This document shows, piece by piece, positions 29,933 to 42,500 of a stretch of 64,000 nucleotides of DNA. Origin of the DNA: Lingula anatina (Eukaryota; Animalia; Brachiopoda). The notes below the pieces were generated by a model, which searched no databases, had not been told where the DNA came from, and worked only from the letters and a program-made list of their open reading frames with translations. The stretch covers positions 14,344,534 to 14,408,533 of the forward strand of contig CM120644.1 of the NCBI GenBank assembly GCA_051362555.1, given 5' to 3'. The stretch's first letter is position 1. Every line of letters begins with the position of its first letter. The position numbers and the translations under genes are program-made.

Positions 29933-32197
29933 CTATGCACAAGCTCCGTAAGCCTTTTCACTAGCATCACAAAAAATGTGCACCTCGGAAGCATAACTCG
30001 TCTCCGAAATAACACACCTTGGAAAATGAAGAGTGTGTAAATCTTTCAAAGATTCAATCCAACGTTGCCATTCAAGACTCAAGTCACCAGGCACCGGTGT
30101 GTCCCATCCTTCGCGCAACCGCGTTACCTTTTGAAATATCATTTTACCGCGTGTGATGACAGGAGATATCAATCCAAGAGGATCATACATCGAGGCAACT
30201 GTACTGAGAATGATACGCTTGGTAACAATCGCTCTTTCTTTGAGTCTGAAGATGTAACAGAAATAATCAGGCATGACTTCCCATTTAATCCCGAGAGCTT
30301 TTGCATGAGAATCGAACGCTAATTCTTTCACCTCTTTAGCTCTGTCATCAACAGGAATAGCTTTATTTAATTCGAAGTCATTTACTACGAATTGAGTGAG
30401 ATCGAATCCGCCGCGGCTCACCGCGCGTTTTGTGCCTTCAATGACCTCACGAGCCTCTTTTCTGGTTTTCACGGATTTGAGCAAATCATCGACATAAAAA
30501 GATTTCAACACGGTGATTCTGATCAATTCTGTGACTTCATGGTCTTTTACTGTGCGTCTTAGAGCATAACAGCTTGCGCTCCCTGACCACTTTCCACCAA
30601 ACAAATGGACGCGCATGCGATAGTGAACAAGATTTTCCCCGTCGCGCCATAAGAATCTGAGCGAATTTCTATCGCATTCGGGCACCATAACTTGATAGTA
30701 CATGGCCTTGATGTCCGCCATTATCGCGTATTTATGTTGACGAAATCGTAACAAAATACCTAACAGCTTGTTTATGAAATCTGGGCCTTGTTTGGTCTGA
30801 GAATTTAGACTAACACCCTGACATTTGCACGCACAATCATAAACAACTCGCAATTTCTCAGGTTTTGAGGGATTCAAAACATGTCTGTGCGGAATATACC
30901 ATACTGTGCCGTCGCGCAGATCAATTTCATCATCTGGGACTTTCTCAACATACCTATCGGAAATCAAATCCAATATGTTGTCGTGATATTTTTCGTATAA
31001 CCCGTCTTTCTCCAGCTTACGTTCTAAACTGTGTAAGCGGTCGAGCGCCACGTTCTTGTTATGCGGAAATTTCGGACACCCTGTTTTCCACGGTATCGGT
31101 AACACGTAATGACCGTTCTCCTCACTAACAGTCGATTCCCACAGGGCCAAAACTTCTCCATCTTCTTGCGAGAAAGAAACCGCGCTCTCATTTTCGAGTC
31201 GCCATAAATTCTCAATATTTTCTTCAACCGAGAGAAAATTGACTGAAATGTCAGATGCCAACTTTTCATTCAACGGGCCGTTCAATGTCCAACCTAAGCG
31301 CGAACGAGACGCGTAAAGTTTCAAATTTCCGCTTTCATCGCAACGCGTCTCTAACGGCATGATCAAATGCGCGTTGTCCATTCCAATAATAATATCTGCG
31401 TGACCCGACTCTGTGTTACTGAAAGGTATATCTTTCAAATACGGATACGCACCAGTGTTAACTCGCGAATTCGCTCGCACACGAATTTGTGGGATAACTA
31501 ACACATTTGACAAACAATAGGAGACATTCAAATCATGAACAGGTGACACCTGAAATGACACAATGTGAGATTTTGTACTTTGTGAACAACTCAACGTGTT
31601 CATTTGATAGTTCAAGCTTTGTGAGTGTTTGAGAGAAAGTTCATTTGCAAGACGTTCAGAAATAAATGTTGAAGTAGAACCATTGTCCAAAAGAGCGGAA
31701 GCTATCACGTGTCCGTTTACTCTGACGGACACAATGGGCAGATTCACATGATTGAAATTAGAGTGAACACTAGCGTTCGTCACGGTGTCTGAAATGCCGT
31801 TACTTGCGGTTTTGGAGGACGACTTCTCACTTTGACCGAAATGAATAAACTTTGAGTGCTTACGTCCACAACCTGGCACAGTACACACAGTATTTTTCCG
31901 ACAATCTTTAGCAAAATGTCCAGCTGAAAAACAATTGTGACATAAGCGATTTTGCTTTATGATATCAAAACGAGCTTGAACGCTTTTTGCCTTGAAGACC
32001 TCACAATGAAACAAATCATGCGGCTGATGACAGACAACACATGGAGGGAGATCACGCTGAACAGGGGGTTCAAAAAGGGGGGTCAATGGGCCCTTGGGCG
32101 GTATAAGTAAAAGTACTAGATGACTTACGGCCAGGATGATATACAGGACTGTCCCCATAAACCGGGTCATTGGCCTCTGTTGCTTGTTGTGACACAA
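29933..32197 (-). pseudogene. BEL gag Zn knuckles - aspartic protease - reverse transcriptase - RNase H N-terminus
   Basis: CVVC..H....C / CHNC....H....C / CTVPGC...H....H knuckles; ALLDNGS protease; KLRVVYDC, ADIKAMY and FYVDD RT motifs. HIFCDASEKAYGACA is followed by an in-frame TAG (29933-29935) where Tyr is expected. Confidence 0.95.
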
Positions 32198-33059
32198 AAT
32201 CTACAAATTGTGAGAATGTGGGATACCTTTTCTCAACAGTTTTAATTTTGAGTGCTTTATGTCGCCATTTGTCTACTATCTTTACTCTACACCTATTCAC
32301 AATATCTAAGATTGTTTTTTGATTCTCAACCTCACTTAGCATGTCTAACTTTTCCAAAGTGACACTAGCAACTTGCAAATCATCTGCCAATTTTTGTAGT
32401 TCATCTGGCGTATTTACAGTTTTGCCTGATTTGAGATCATTAATAATTCGCTGGGCTACTAAGTGATCATTACCAAATCTGGCCTTCAAAATTTCCCGTG
32501 CTTTATCATAACCCGCTTCACCAATTAGAACACAATTTTTTATTGCATCTTTGGCAGCTCCAGACGTGTATTGCAATAACCTGGTCAACTTGACACTTTT
32601 ATCATCAATTTTGCTGTCAATAGTTTCGTCAAATACTGCACAAAAGCTATAGAAATCAGATGGATTTCCAGAAAATGTGTCTATTTCTGCTTTTGGTAAT
32701 GAAAGTAAATTGATAAGTTTTTGCTCAGATAATTGTTCAGATTCACTTTCTGGTTTTAGACTTTTCATGTAAGTAACACCTGCTCCAATACCTCTTATGT
32801 AGCTATCTTGTACCTGAGAAAACCAAGCTTCACTGGTTTCAATGTCAGAATCAGTTTCAAGTAGAGAATGATACGCATCATGACAGTTTTCAAAGCTTGT
32901 AAACACTTCTTTCAACTTACTAACGTTTGCGTCGACAGTCTTTGGTTCATCCGCGGCTATAGCACGCTCTATCACCCCAATCACTCGTGTAACAGCGCCC
33001 TTCCGTGCCCTACGTGCGAGTCGCAGCTTCTCGATTTCTTGATCCTTGCTTTCACTCAT
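32070..33059 (-). CDS. BEL gag N-terminal ORF (DUF1759-like region), 329 aa
   Basis: ATG 75 nt after the 5' LTR. IDTFSGNPSDFYSF...KLTRLLQYTSGAAKDAI..C...GYDKAREILKARFG is typical of BEL gag. Ends at CCC CCT TTT TGA, out of frame with the Zn-knuckle ORF. Confidence 0.85.
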   Translation of the reverse strand: MSESKDQEIEKLRLARRARKGAVTRVIGVIERAIAADEPKTVDANVSKLKEVFTSFENCHDAYHSLLETDSDIETSEAWFSQVQDSYIRGIGAGVTYMKSLKPESESEQLSEQKLINLLSLPKAEIDTFSGNPSDFYSFCAVFDETIDSKIDDKSVKLTRLLQYTSGAAKDAIKNCVLIGEAGYDKAREILKARFGNDHLVAQRIINDLKSGKTVNTPDELQKLADDLQVASVTLEKLDMLSEVENQKTILDIVNRCRVKIVDKWRHKALKIKTVEKRYPTFSQFVDFVSQQATEANDPVYGDSPVYHPGRKSSSTFTYTAQGPIDPPF

Positions 33060-33134
33060 ATTGTAGTTTCTTACATGGAGATGGTGTCGTCTTAGGGGAA
33101 TTCAGTTGTCCAATGTCTAGATTTCTCTTTTCAC

Positions 33135-33598
33135 TGTTGCGGATCCCACATCAAACAAACAAACAAATGACGGGAAATGTTCACACTTTATTTCACGCAC
33201 ACTGACATGGATATGGTGAAACTAAAAATAACAAAATAATGAAAGATAAATACCAAACTAATTATACAAAATACACAAATATAACATAAATTGAATACAA
33301 ATATAAAAAGAAATAATAAATTAATCATAAGAAATGGAAATGTTGTGCAAATGATTAACAATAGAATTGAATACAATACGTACAGAGAAATGTGGCTTTC
33401 CCGTCCAAATGTTGATCCACAAATTTTGCCTACTAAAACTTCAGTCTCGACGACCTGAGCCTTCGCTCGTCAAATACAACGTGGCCGCGCCCAGAACTGC
33501 TGCATACAGTATTTATACAGAGCAAATGATTTGCATAATAATACAAAGCTGACCAGTGATACGATTGTAAACGCAAATTGTTGTCATAAGCGACAACA
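33135..33598 (-). repeat. 5' LTR of BEL element
   Basis: 464 bp, TGTTG...CAACA, identical to the 3' LTR; candidate TATA box (minus-strand TATAAAT) at 33511-33517. Confidence 0.97.
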
Positions 33599-36500
33599 AA
33601 CAGAATCTGAGAGGGGGGGGGAGAGACAGAGTTTTTGCTCTATTTCTTCCTTAATGTTGACACCACCACTCTTCCAGCACTTTATTCTTACTACAAATGA
33701 CCGAACACACCTACCTGACACTATATATAATGAAGAAAAAAAATTTTCATCCCTACCTGGCCAAAATTGAAGAAATCTCACAGTGCCGGCACTGTTCAAA
33801 ATCACTCAAAATCACCAAAAATCGACCCGTCTCCGATTTTTCCAAAAAGTGACGAAAATCAATCTACCACACCTGTCATTCATAAAAAATGTGGAAACGC
33901 GCCCGGGTCACTTCATCAAGGCCCCCAATTCTAGCTTTAAAGATGATCCAAAAATAAGCTCTGAGAACAGAATCTGAGAGGGGGGGGGAGAGACAGAGTT
34001 TTTGCTCTATTTCTTCCTTAATGTTGACACCACCACTCTTCCAGCACTTTATTCTTACTACAAATGACCGAACACACCTACCTGACACTATATATAATGA
34101 AGAAAAAAAATTTTCATCCCTACCTGGCCAAAATTGAAGAAATCTCACAGTGCCGGCACTGTTCAAAATCACTCAAAATCACCAAAAATCGACCCGTCTC
34201 CGATTTTTCCAAAAAGTGACGAAAATCAATCTACCACACCTGTCATTCATAAAAAATGTGGAAACGCGCCCGGGTCACTTCATCAAGGCCCCCAATTCTA
34301 GCTTTAAAGATGATCCAAAAATAAGCTCTGAGAACAGAATCTGAGAGGGGGGGGGAGAGACAGAGTTTTTGCTCTATTTCTTCCTTAATGTTGACACCAC
34401 CACTCTTCCAGCACTTTATTCTTACTACAAATGACCGAACACACCTACCTGACACTATAATGAAGAAAAAAAATTTTCATCCCTACCTGGCCAAAATTGA
34501 AGAAATCTCACAGTGCCGGCACTGTTCAAAATCACTCAAAATCACCAAAAATCGACCCGTCTCCAATTTTTCCAAAAAGTGACGAAAATCAATCTACCAC
34601 ACCTGTCATTCATAAAAAATGTGGAAACGCGCCCGGGTCACTTCATCAAGGCCCCCAATTCTAGCTTTAAAGATGATCCAAAAATAAGCTCTGAGAACAG
34701 AATCTGAGAGGGGGGGGGAGAGACAGAGTTTTTGCTCTATTTCTTCCTTAATGTTGACACCACCACTCTTCCAGCACTTTATTCTTACTACAAATGACCG
34801 AACACACCTACCTGACACTATATATAATGAAGAAAAAAAATTTTCATCCCTACCTGGCCAAAATTGAAGAAATCTCACAGTGCCGGCACTGTTCAAAATC
34901 ACTCAAAATCACCAAAAATCGACCCGTCTCCGATTTTTCCAAAAAGTGACGAAAATCAATCTACCACACCTGTCATTCATAAAAAATGTGGAAACGCGCC
35001 CGGGTCACTTCATCAAGGCCCCCAATTCTAGCTTTAAAGATGATCCAAAAATAAGCTCTGAGAACAGAATCTGAGAGGGGGGGGGAGAGACAGAGTTTTT
35101 GCTCTATTTCTTCCTTAATGTTGACACCACCACTCTTCCAGCACTTTATTCTTACTACAAATGACCGAACACACCTACCTGACACTATATATAATGAAGA
35201 AAAAAAATTTTCATCCCTACCTGGCCAAAATTGAAGAAATCTCACAGTGCCGGCACTGTTCAAAATCACTCAAAATCACCAAAAATCGACCCGTCTCCGA
35301 TTTTTCCAAAAAGTGACGAAAATCAATCTACCACACCTGTCATTCATAAAAAATGTGGAAACGCGCCCGGGTCACTTCATCAAGGCCCCCAATTCTAGCT
35401 TTAAAGATGATCCAAAAATAAGCTCTGAGAACAGAATCTGAGAGGGGGGGGGAGAGACAGAGTTTTTGCTCTATTTCTTCCTTAATGTTGACACCACCAC
35501 TCTTCCAGCACTTTATTCTTACTACAAATGACCGAACACACCTACCTGACACTATATATAATGAAGAAAAAAAATTTTCATCCCTACCTGGCCAAAATTG
35601 AAGAAATCTCACAGTGCCGGCACTGTTCAAAATCACTCAAAATCACCAAAAATCGACCCGTCTCCGATTTTTCCAAAAAGTGACGAAAATCAATCTACCA
35701 CACCTGTCATTCATAAAAAATGTGGAAACGCGCCCGGGTCACTTCATCAAGGCCCCCAATTCTAGCTTTAAAGATGATCCAAAAATAAGCTCTGAGAACA
35801 GAATCTGAGAGGGGGGGGGAGAGACAGAGTTTTTGCTCTATTTCTTCCTTAATGTTGACACCACCACTCTTCCAGCACTTTATTCTTACTACAAATGACC
35901 GAACACACCTACCTGACACTATATATAATGAAGAAAAAAAATTTTCATCCCTACCTGGCCAAAATTGAAGAAATCTCACAGTGCCGGCACTGTTCAAAAT
36001 CACTCAAAATCACCAAAAATCGACCCGTCTCCGATTTTTCCAAAAAGTGACGAAAATCAATCTACCACACCTGTCATTCATAAAAAATGTGGAAACGCGC
36101 CCGGGTCACTTCATCAAGGCCCCCAATTCTAGCTTTAAAGATGATCCAAAAATAAGCTCTGAGAACAGAATCTGAGAGGGGGGGGGAGAGACAGAGTTTT
36201 TGCTCTATTTCTTCCTTAATGTTGACACCACCACTCTTCCAGCACTTTATTCTTACTACAAATGACCGAACACACCTACCTGACACTATATATAATGAAG
36301 AAAAAAAATTTTCATCCCTACCTGGCCAAAATTGAAGAAATCTCACAGTGCCGGCACTGTTCAAAATCACTCAAAATCACCAAAAATCGACCCGTCTCCG
36401 ATTTTTCCAAAAAGTGACGAAAATCAATCTACCACACCTGTCATTCATAAAAAATGTGGAAACGCGCCCGGGTCACTTCATCAAGGCCCCCAATTCTAGC

Positions 36501-39500
36501 TTTAAAGATGATCCAAAAATAAGCTCTGAGAACAGAATCTGAGAGGGGGGGGGAGAGACAGAGTTTTTGCTCTATTTCTTCCTTAATGTTGACACCACCA
36601 CTCTTCCAGCACTTTATTCTTACTACAAATGACCGAACACACCTACCTGACACTATAATGAAGAAAAAAAATTTTCATCCCTACCTGGCCAAAATTGAAG
36701 AAATCTCACAGTGCCGGCACTGTTCAAAATCACTCAAAATCACCAAAAATCGACCCGTCTCCAATTTTTCCAAAAAGTGACGAAAATCAATCTACCACAC
36801 CTGTCATTCATAAAAAATGTGGAAACGCGCCCGGGTCACTTCATCAAGGCCCCCAATTCTAGCTTTAAAGATGATCCAAAAATAAGCTCTGAGAACAGAA
36901 TCTGAGAGGGGGGGGGAGAGACAGAGTTTTTGCTCTATTTCTTCCTTAATGTTGACACCACCACTCTTCCAGCACTTTATTCTTACTACAAATGACCGAA
37001 CACACCTACCTGACACTATATATAATGAAGAAAAAAAATTTTCATCCCTACCTGGCCAAAATTGAAGAAATCTCACAGTGCCGGCACTGTTCAAAATCAC
37101 TCAAAATCACCAAAAATCGACCCGTCTCCGATTTTTCCAAAAAGTGACGAAAATCAATCTACCACACCTGTCATTCATAAAAAATGTGGAAACGCGCCCG
37201 GGTCACTTCATCAAGGCCCCCAATTCTAGCTTTAAAGATGATCCAAAAATAAGCTCTGAGAACAGAATCTGAGAGGGGGGGGGAGAGACAGAGTTTTTGC
37301 TCTATTTCTTCCTTAATGTTGACACCACCACTCTTCCAGCACTTTATTCTTACTACAAATGACCGAACACACCTACCTGACACTATATATAATGAAGAAA
37401 AAAAATTTTCATCCCTACCTGGCCAAAATTGAAGAAATCTCACAGTGCCGGCACTGTTCAAAATCACTCAAAATCACCAAAAATCGACCCGTCTCCGATT
37501 TTTCCAAAAAGTGACGAAAATCAATCTACCACACCTGTCATTCATAAAAAATGTGGAAACGCGCCCGGGTCACTTCATCAAGGCCCCCAATTCTAGCTTT
37601 AAAGATGATCCAAAAATAAGCTCTGAGAACAGAATCTGAGAGGGGGGGGAGAGACAGAGTTTTTGCTCTATTTCTTCCTTAATGTTGACACCACCACTCT
37701 TCCAGCACTTTATTCTTACTACAAATGACCGAACACACCTACCTGACACTATAATGAAGAAAAAAAATTTTCATCCCTACCTGGCCAAAATTGAAGAAAT
37801 CTCATAGTGCCGGCACTGTTCAAAATCACTCAAAATCACCAAAAATCGACCCGTCTCCAATTTTTCCAAAAAGTGACGAAAATCAATCTACCACACCTGT
37901 CATTCATAAAAAATGTGGAAACGCGCCCGGGTCACTTCATCAAGGCCCCCAATTCTAGCTTTAAAGATGATCCAAAAATAAGCTCTGAGAACAGAATCTG
38001 AGAGGGGGGGGGAGAGACAGAGTTTTTGCTCTATTTCTTCCTTAATGTTGACACCACCACTCTTCCAGCACTTTATTCTTACTACAAATGACCGAACACA
38101 CCTACCTGACACTATATATAATGAAGAAAAAAAATTTTCATCCCTACCTGGCCAAAATTGAAGAAATCTCACAGTGCCGGCACTGTTCAAAATCACTCAA
38201 AATCACCAAAAATCGACCCGTCTCCGATTTTTCCAAAAAGTGACGAAAATCAATCTACCACACCTGTCATTCATAAAAAATGTGGAAACGCGCCCGGGTC
38301 ACTTCATCAAGGCCCCCAATTCTAGCTTTAAAGATGATCCAAAAATAAGCTCTGAGAACAGAATCTGAGAGGGGGGGGGAGAGACAGAGTTTTTGCTCTA
38401 TTTCTTCCTTAATGTTGACACCACCACTCTTCCAGCACTTTATTCTTACTACAAATGACCGAACACACCTACCTGACACTATATATAATGAAGAAAAAAA
38501 ATTTTCATCCCTACCTGGCCAAAATTGAAGAAATCTCACAGTGCCGGCACTGTTCAAAATCACTCAAAATCACCAAAAATCGACCCGTCTCCGATTTTTC
38601 CAAAAAGTGACGAAAATCAATCTACCACACCTGTCATTCATAAAAAATGTGGAAACGCGCCCGGGTCACTTCATCAAGGCCCCCAATTCTAGCTTTAAAG
38701 ATGATCCAAAAATAAGCTCTGAGAACAGAATCTGAGAGGGGGGGGGAGAGACAGAGTTTTTGCTCTATTTCTTCCTTAATGTTGACACCACCACTCTTCC
38801 AGCACTTTATTCTTACTACAAATGACCGAACACACCTACCTGACACTATATATAATGAAGAAAAAAAATTTTCATCCCTACCTGGCCAAAATTGAAGAAA
38901 TCTCACAGTGCCGGCACTGTTCAAAATCACTCAAAATCACCAAAAATCGACCCGTCTCCGATTTTTCCAAAAAGTGACGAAAATCAATCTACCACACCTG
39001 TCATTCATAAAAAATGTGGAAACGCGCCCGGGTCACTTCATCAAGGCCCCCAATTCTAGCTTTAAAGATGATCCAAAAATAAGCTCTGAGAACAGAATCT
39101 GAGAGGGGGGGGAGAGACAGAGTTTTTGCTCTATTTCTTCCTTAATGTTGACACCACCACTCTTCCAGCACTTTATTCTTACTACAAATGACCGAACACA
39201 CCTACCTGACACTATAATGAAGAAAAAAAATTTTCATCCCTACCTGGCCAAAATTGAAGAAATCTCACAGTGCCGGCACTGTTCAAAATCACTCAAAATC
39301 ACCAAAAATCGACCCGTCTCCAATTTTTCCAAAAAGTGACGAAAATCAATCTACCACACCTGTCATTCATAAAAAATGTGGAAACGCGCCCGGGTCACTT
39401 CATCAAGGCCCCCAATTCTAGCTTTAAAGATGATCCAAAAATAAGCTCTGAGAACAGAATCTGAGAGGGGGGGGGAGAGACAGAGTTTTTGCTCTATTTC

Positions 39501-42500
39501 TTCCTTAATGTTGACACCACCACTCTTCCAGCACTTTATTCTTACTACAAATGACCGAACACACCTACCTGACACTATATATAATGAAGAAAAAAAATTT
39601 TCATCCCTACCTGGCCAAAATTGAAGAAATCTCACAGTGCCGGCACTGTTCAAAATCACTCAAAATCACCAAAAATCGACCCGTCTCCGATTTTTCCAAA
39701 AAGTGACGAAAATCAATCTACCACACCTGTCATTCATAAAAAATGTGGAAACGCGCCCGGGTCACTTCATCAAGGCCCCCAATTCTAGCTTTAAAGATGA
39801 TCCAAAAATAAGCTCTGAGAACAGAATCTGAGAGGGGGGGGGAGAGACAGAGTTTTTGCTCTATTTCTTCCTTAATGTTGACACCACCACTCTTCCAGCA
39901 CTTTATTCTTACTACAAATGACCGAACACACCTACCTGACACTATATATAATGAAGAAAAAAAATTTTCATCCCTACCTGGCCAAAATTGAAGAAATCTC
40001 ACAGTGCCGGCACTGTTCAAAATCACTCAAAATCACCAAAAATCGACCCGTCTCCGATTTTTCCAAAAAGTGACGAAAATCAATCTACCACACCTGTCAT
40101 TCATAAAAAATGTGGAAACGCGCCCGGGTCACTTCATCAAGGCCCCCAATTCTAGCTTTAAAGATGATCCAAAAATAAGCTCTGAGAACAGAATCTGAGA
40201 GGGGGGGGGAGAGACAGAGTTTTTGCTCTATTTCTTCCTTAATGTTGACACCACCACTCTTCCAGCACTTTATTCTTACTACAAATGACCGAACACACCT
40301 ACCTGACACTATATATAATGAAGAAAAAAAATTTTCATCCCTACCTGGCCAAAATTGAAGAAATCTCACAGTGCCGGCACTGTTCAAAATCACTCAAAAT
40401 CACCAAAAATCGACCCGTCTCCGATTTTTCCAAAAAGTGACGAAAATCAATCTACCACACCTGTCATTCATAAAAAATGTGGAAACGCGCCCGGGTCACT
40501 TCATCAAGGCCCCCAATTCTAGCTTTAAAGATGATCCAAAAATAAGCTCTGAGAACAGAATCTGAGAGGGGGGGGGAGAGACAGAGTTTTTGCTCTATTT
40601 CTTCCTTAATGTTGACACCACCACTCTTCCAGCACTTTATTCTTACTACAAATGACCGAACACACCTACCTGACACTATAATGAAGAAAAAAAATTTTCA
40701 TCCCTACCTGGCCAAAATTGAAGAAATCTCATAGTGCCGGCACTGTTCAAAATCACTCAAAATCACCAAAAATCGACCCGTCTCCAATTTTTCCAAAAAG
40801 TGACGAAAATCAATCTACCACACCTGTCATTCATAAAAAATGTGGAAACGCGCCCGGGTCACTTCATCAAGGCCCCCAATTCTAGCTTTAAAGATGATCC
40901 AAAAATAAGCTCTGAGAACAGAATCTGAGAGGGGGGGGGAGAGACAGAGTTTTTGCTCTATTTCTTCCTTAATGTTGACACCACCACTCTTCCAGCACTT
41001 TATTCTTACTACAAATGACCGAACACACCTACCTGACACTATATATAATGAAGAAAAAAAATTTTCATCCCTACCTGGCCAAAATTGAAGAAATCTCACA
41101 GTGCCGGCACTGTTCAAAATCACTCAAAATCACCAAAAATCGACCCGTCTCCGATTTTTCCAAAAAGTGACGAAAATCAATCTACCACACCTGTCATTCA
41201 TAAAAAATGTGGAAACGCGCCCGGGTCACTTCATCAAGGCCCCCAATTCTAGCTTTAAAGATGATCCAAAAATAAGCTCTGAGAACAGAATCTGAGAGGG
41301 GGGGGGAGAGACAGAGTTTTTGCTCTATTTCTTCCTTAATGTTGACACCACCACTCTTCCAGCACTTTATTCTTACTACAAATGACCGAACACACCTACC
41401 TGACACTATATATAATGAAGAAAAAAAATTTTCATCCCTACCTGGCCAAAATTGAAGAAATCTCACAGTGCCGGCACTGTTCAAAATCACTCAAAATCAC
41501 CAAAAATCGACCCGTCTCCGATTTTTCCAAAAAGTGACGAAAATCAATCTACCACACCTGTCATTCATAAAAAATGTGGAAACGCGCCCGGGTCACTTCA
41601 TCAAGGCCCCCAATTCTAGCTTTAAAGATGATCCAAAAATAAGCTCTGAGAACAGAATCTGAGAGGGGGGGGGAGAGACAGAGTTTTTGCTCTATTTCTT
41701 CCTTAATGTTGACACCACCACTCTTCCAGCACTTTATTCTTACTACAAATGACCGAACACACCTACCTGACACTATATATAATGAAGAAAAAAAATTTTC
41801 ATCCCTACCTGGCCAAAATTGAAGAAATCTCACAGTGCCGGCACTGTTCAAAATCACTCAAAATCACCAAAAATCGACCCGTCTCCGATTTTTCCAAAAA
41901 GTGACGAAAATCAATCTACCACACCTGTCATTCATAAAAAATGTGGAAACGCGCCCGGGTCACTTCATCAAGGCCCCCAATTCTAGCTTTAAAGATGATC
42001 CAAAAATAAGCTCTGAGAACAGAATCTGAGAGGGGGGGGAGAGACAGAGTTTTTGCTCTATTTCTTCCTTAATGTTGACACCACCACTCTTCCAGCACTT
42101 TATTCTTACTACAAATGACCGAACACACCTACCTGACACTATAATGAAGAAAAAAAATTTTCATCCCTACCTGGCCAAAATTGAAGAAATCTCACAGTGC
42201 CGGCACTGTTCAAAATCACTCAAAATCACCAAAAATCGACCCGTCTCCAATTTTTCCAAAAAGTGACGAAAATCAATCTACCACACCTGTCATTCATAAA
42301 AAATGTGGAAACGCGCCCGGGTCACTTCATCAAGGCCCCCAATTCTAGCTTTAAAGATGATCCAAAAATAAGCTCTGAGAACAGAATCTGAGAGGGGGGG
42401 GAGAGACAGAGTTTTTGCTCTATTTCTTCCTTAATGTTGACACCACCACTCTTCCAGCACTTTATTCTTACTACAAATGACCGAACACACCTACCTGACA

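Larger units (their letters stand above)
27172..33598 (-). mobile_element. Full-length BEL/Pao LTR retrotransposon (6427 bp) inserted in the satellite
   Basis: Two 464-bp LTRs with TGTTG...CAACA ends. TSD AACAG at 27167-27171 and 33599-33603, with the satellite resuming in register. Domain order gag - three Zn knuckles - protease - RT - RNase H - integrase is typical of BEL/Pao. Confidence 0.97.

Noticed and set aside
29933-29935. TAG in RNase H as programmed readthrough or an alternative genetic code
   Set aside because: It replaces an expected Tyr codon by one substitution, and the element has other disabling lesions.
28300-33095. Plus-strand ORFs inside the BEL element (e.g. 28623-28919, 30065-30322)
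   Set aside because: Antisense shadows of gag-pol with no domain similarity.
27172-33598. BEL element as the helper of the TRIM
   Set aside because: Different TSD length (5 vs 4 bp), different termini (TGTTG vs TGTAG), different PBS, and this BEL copy is defective.
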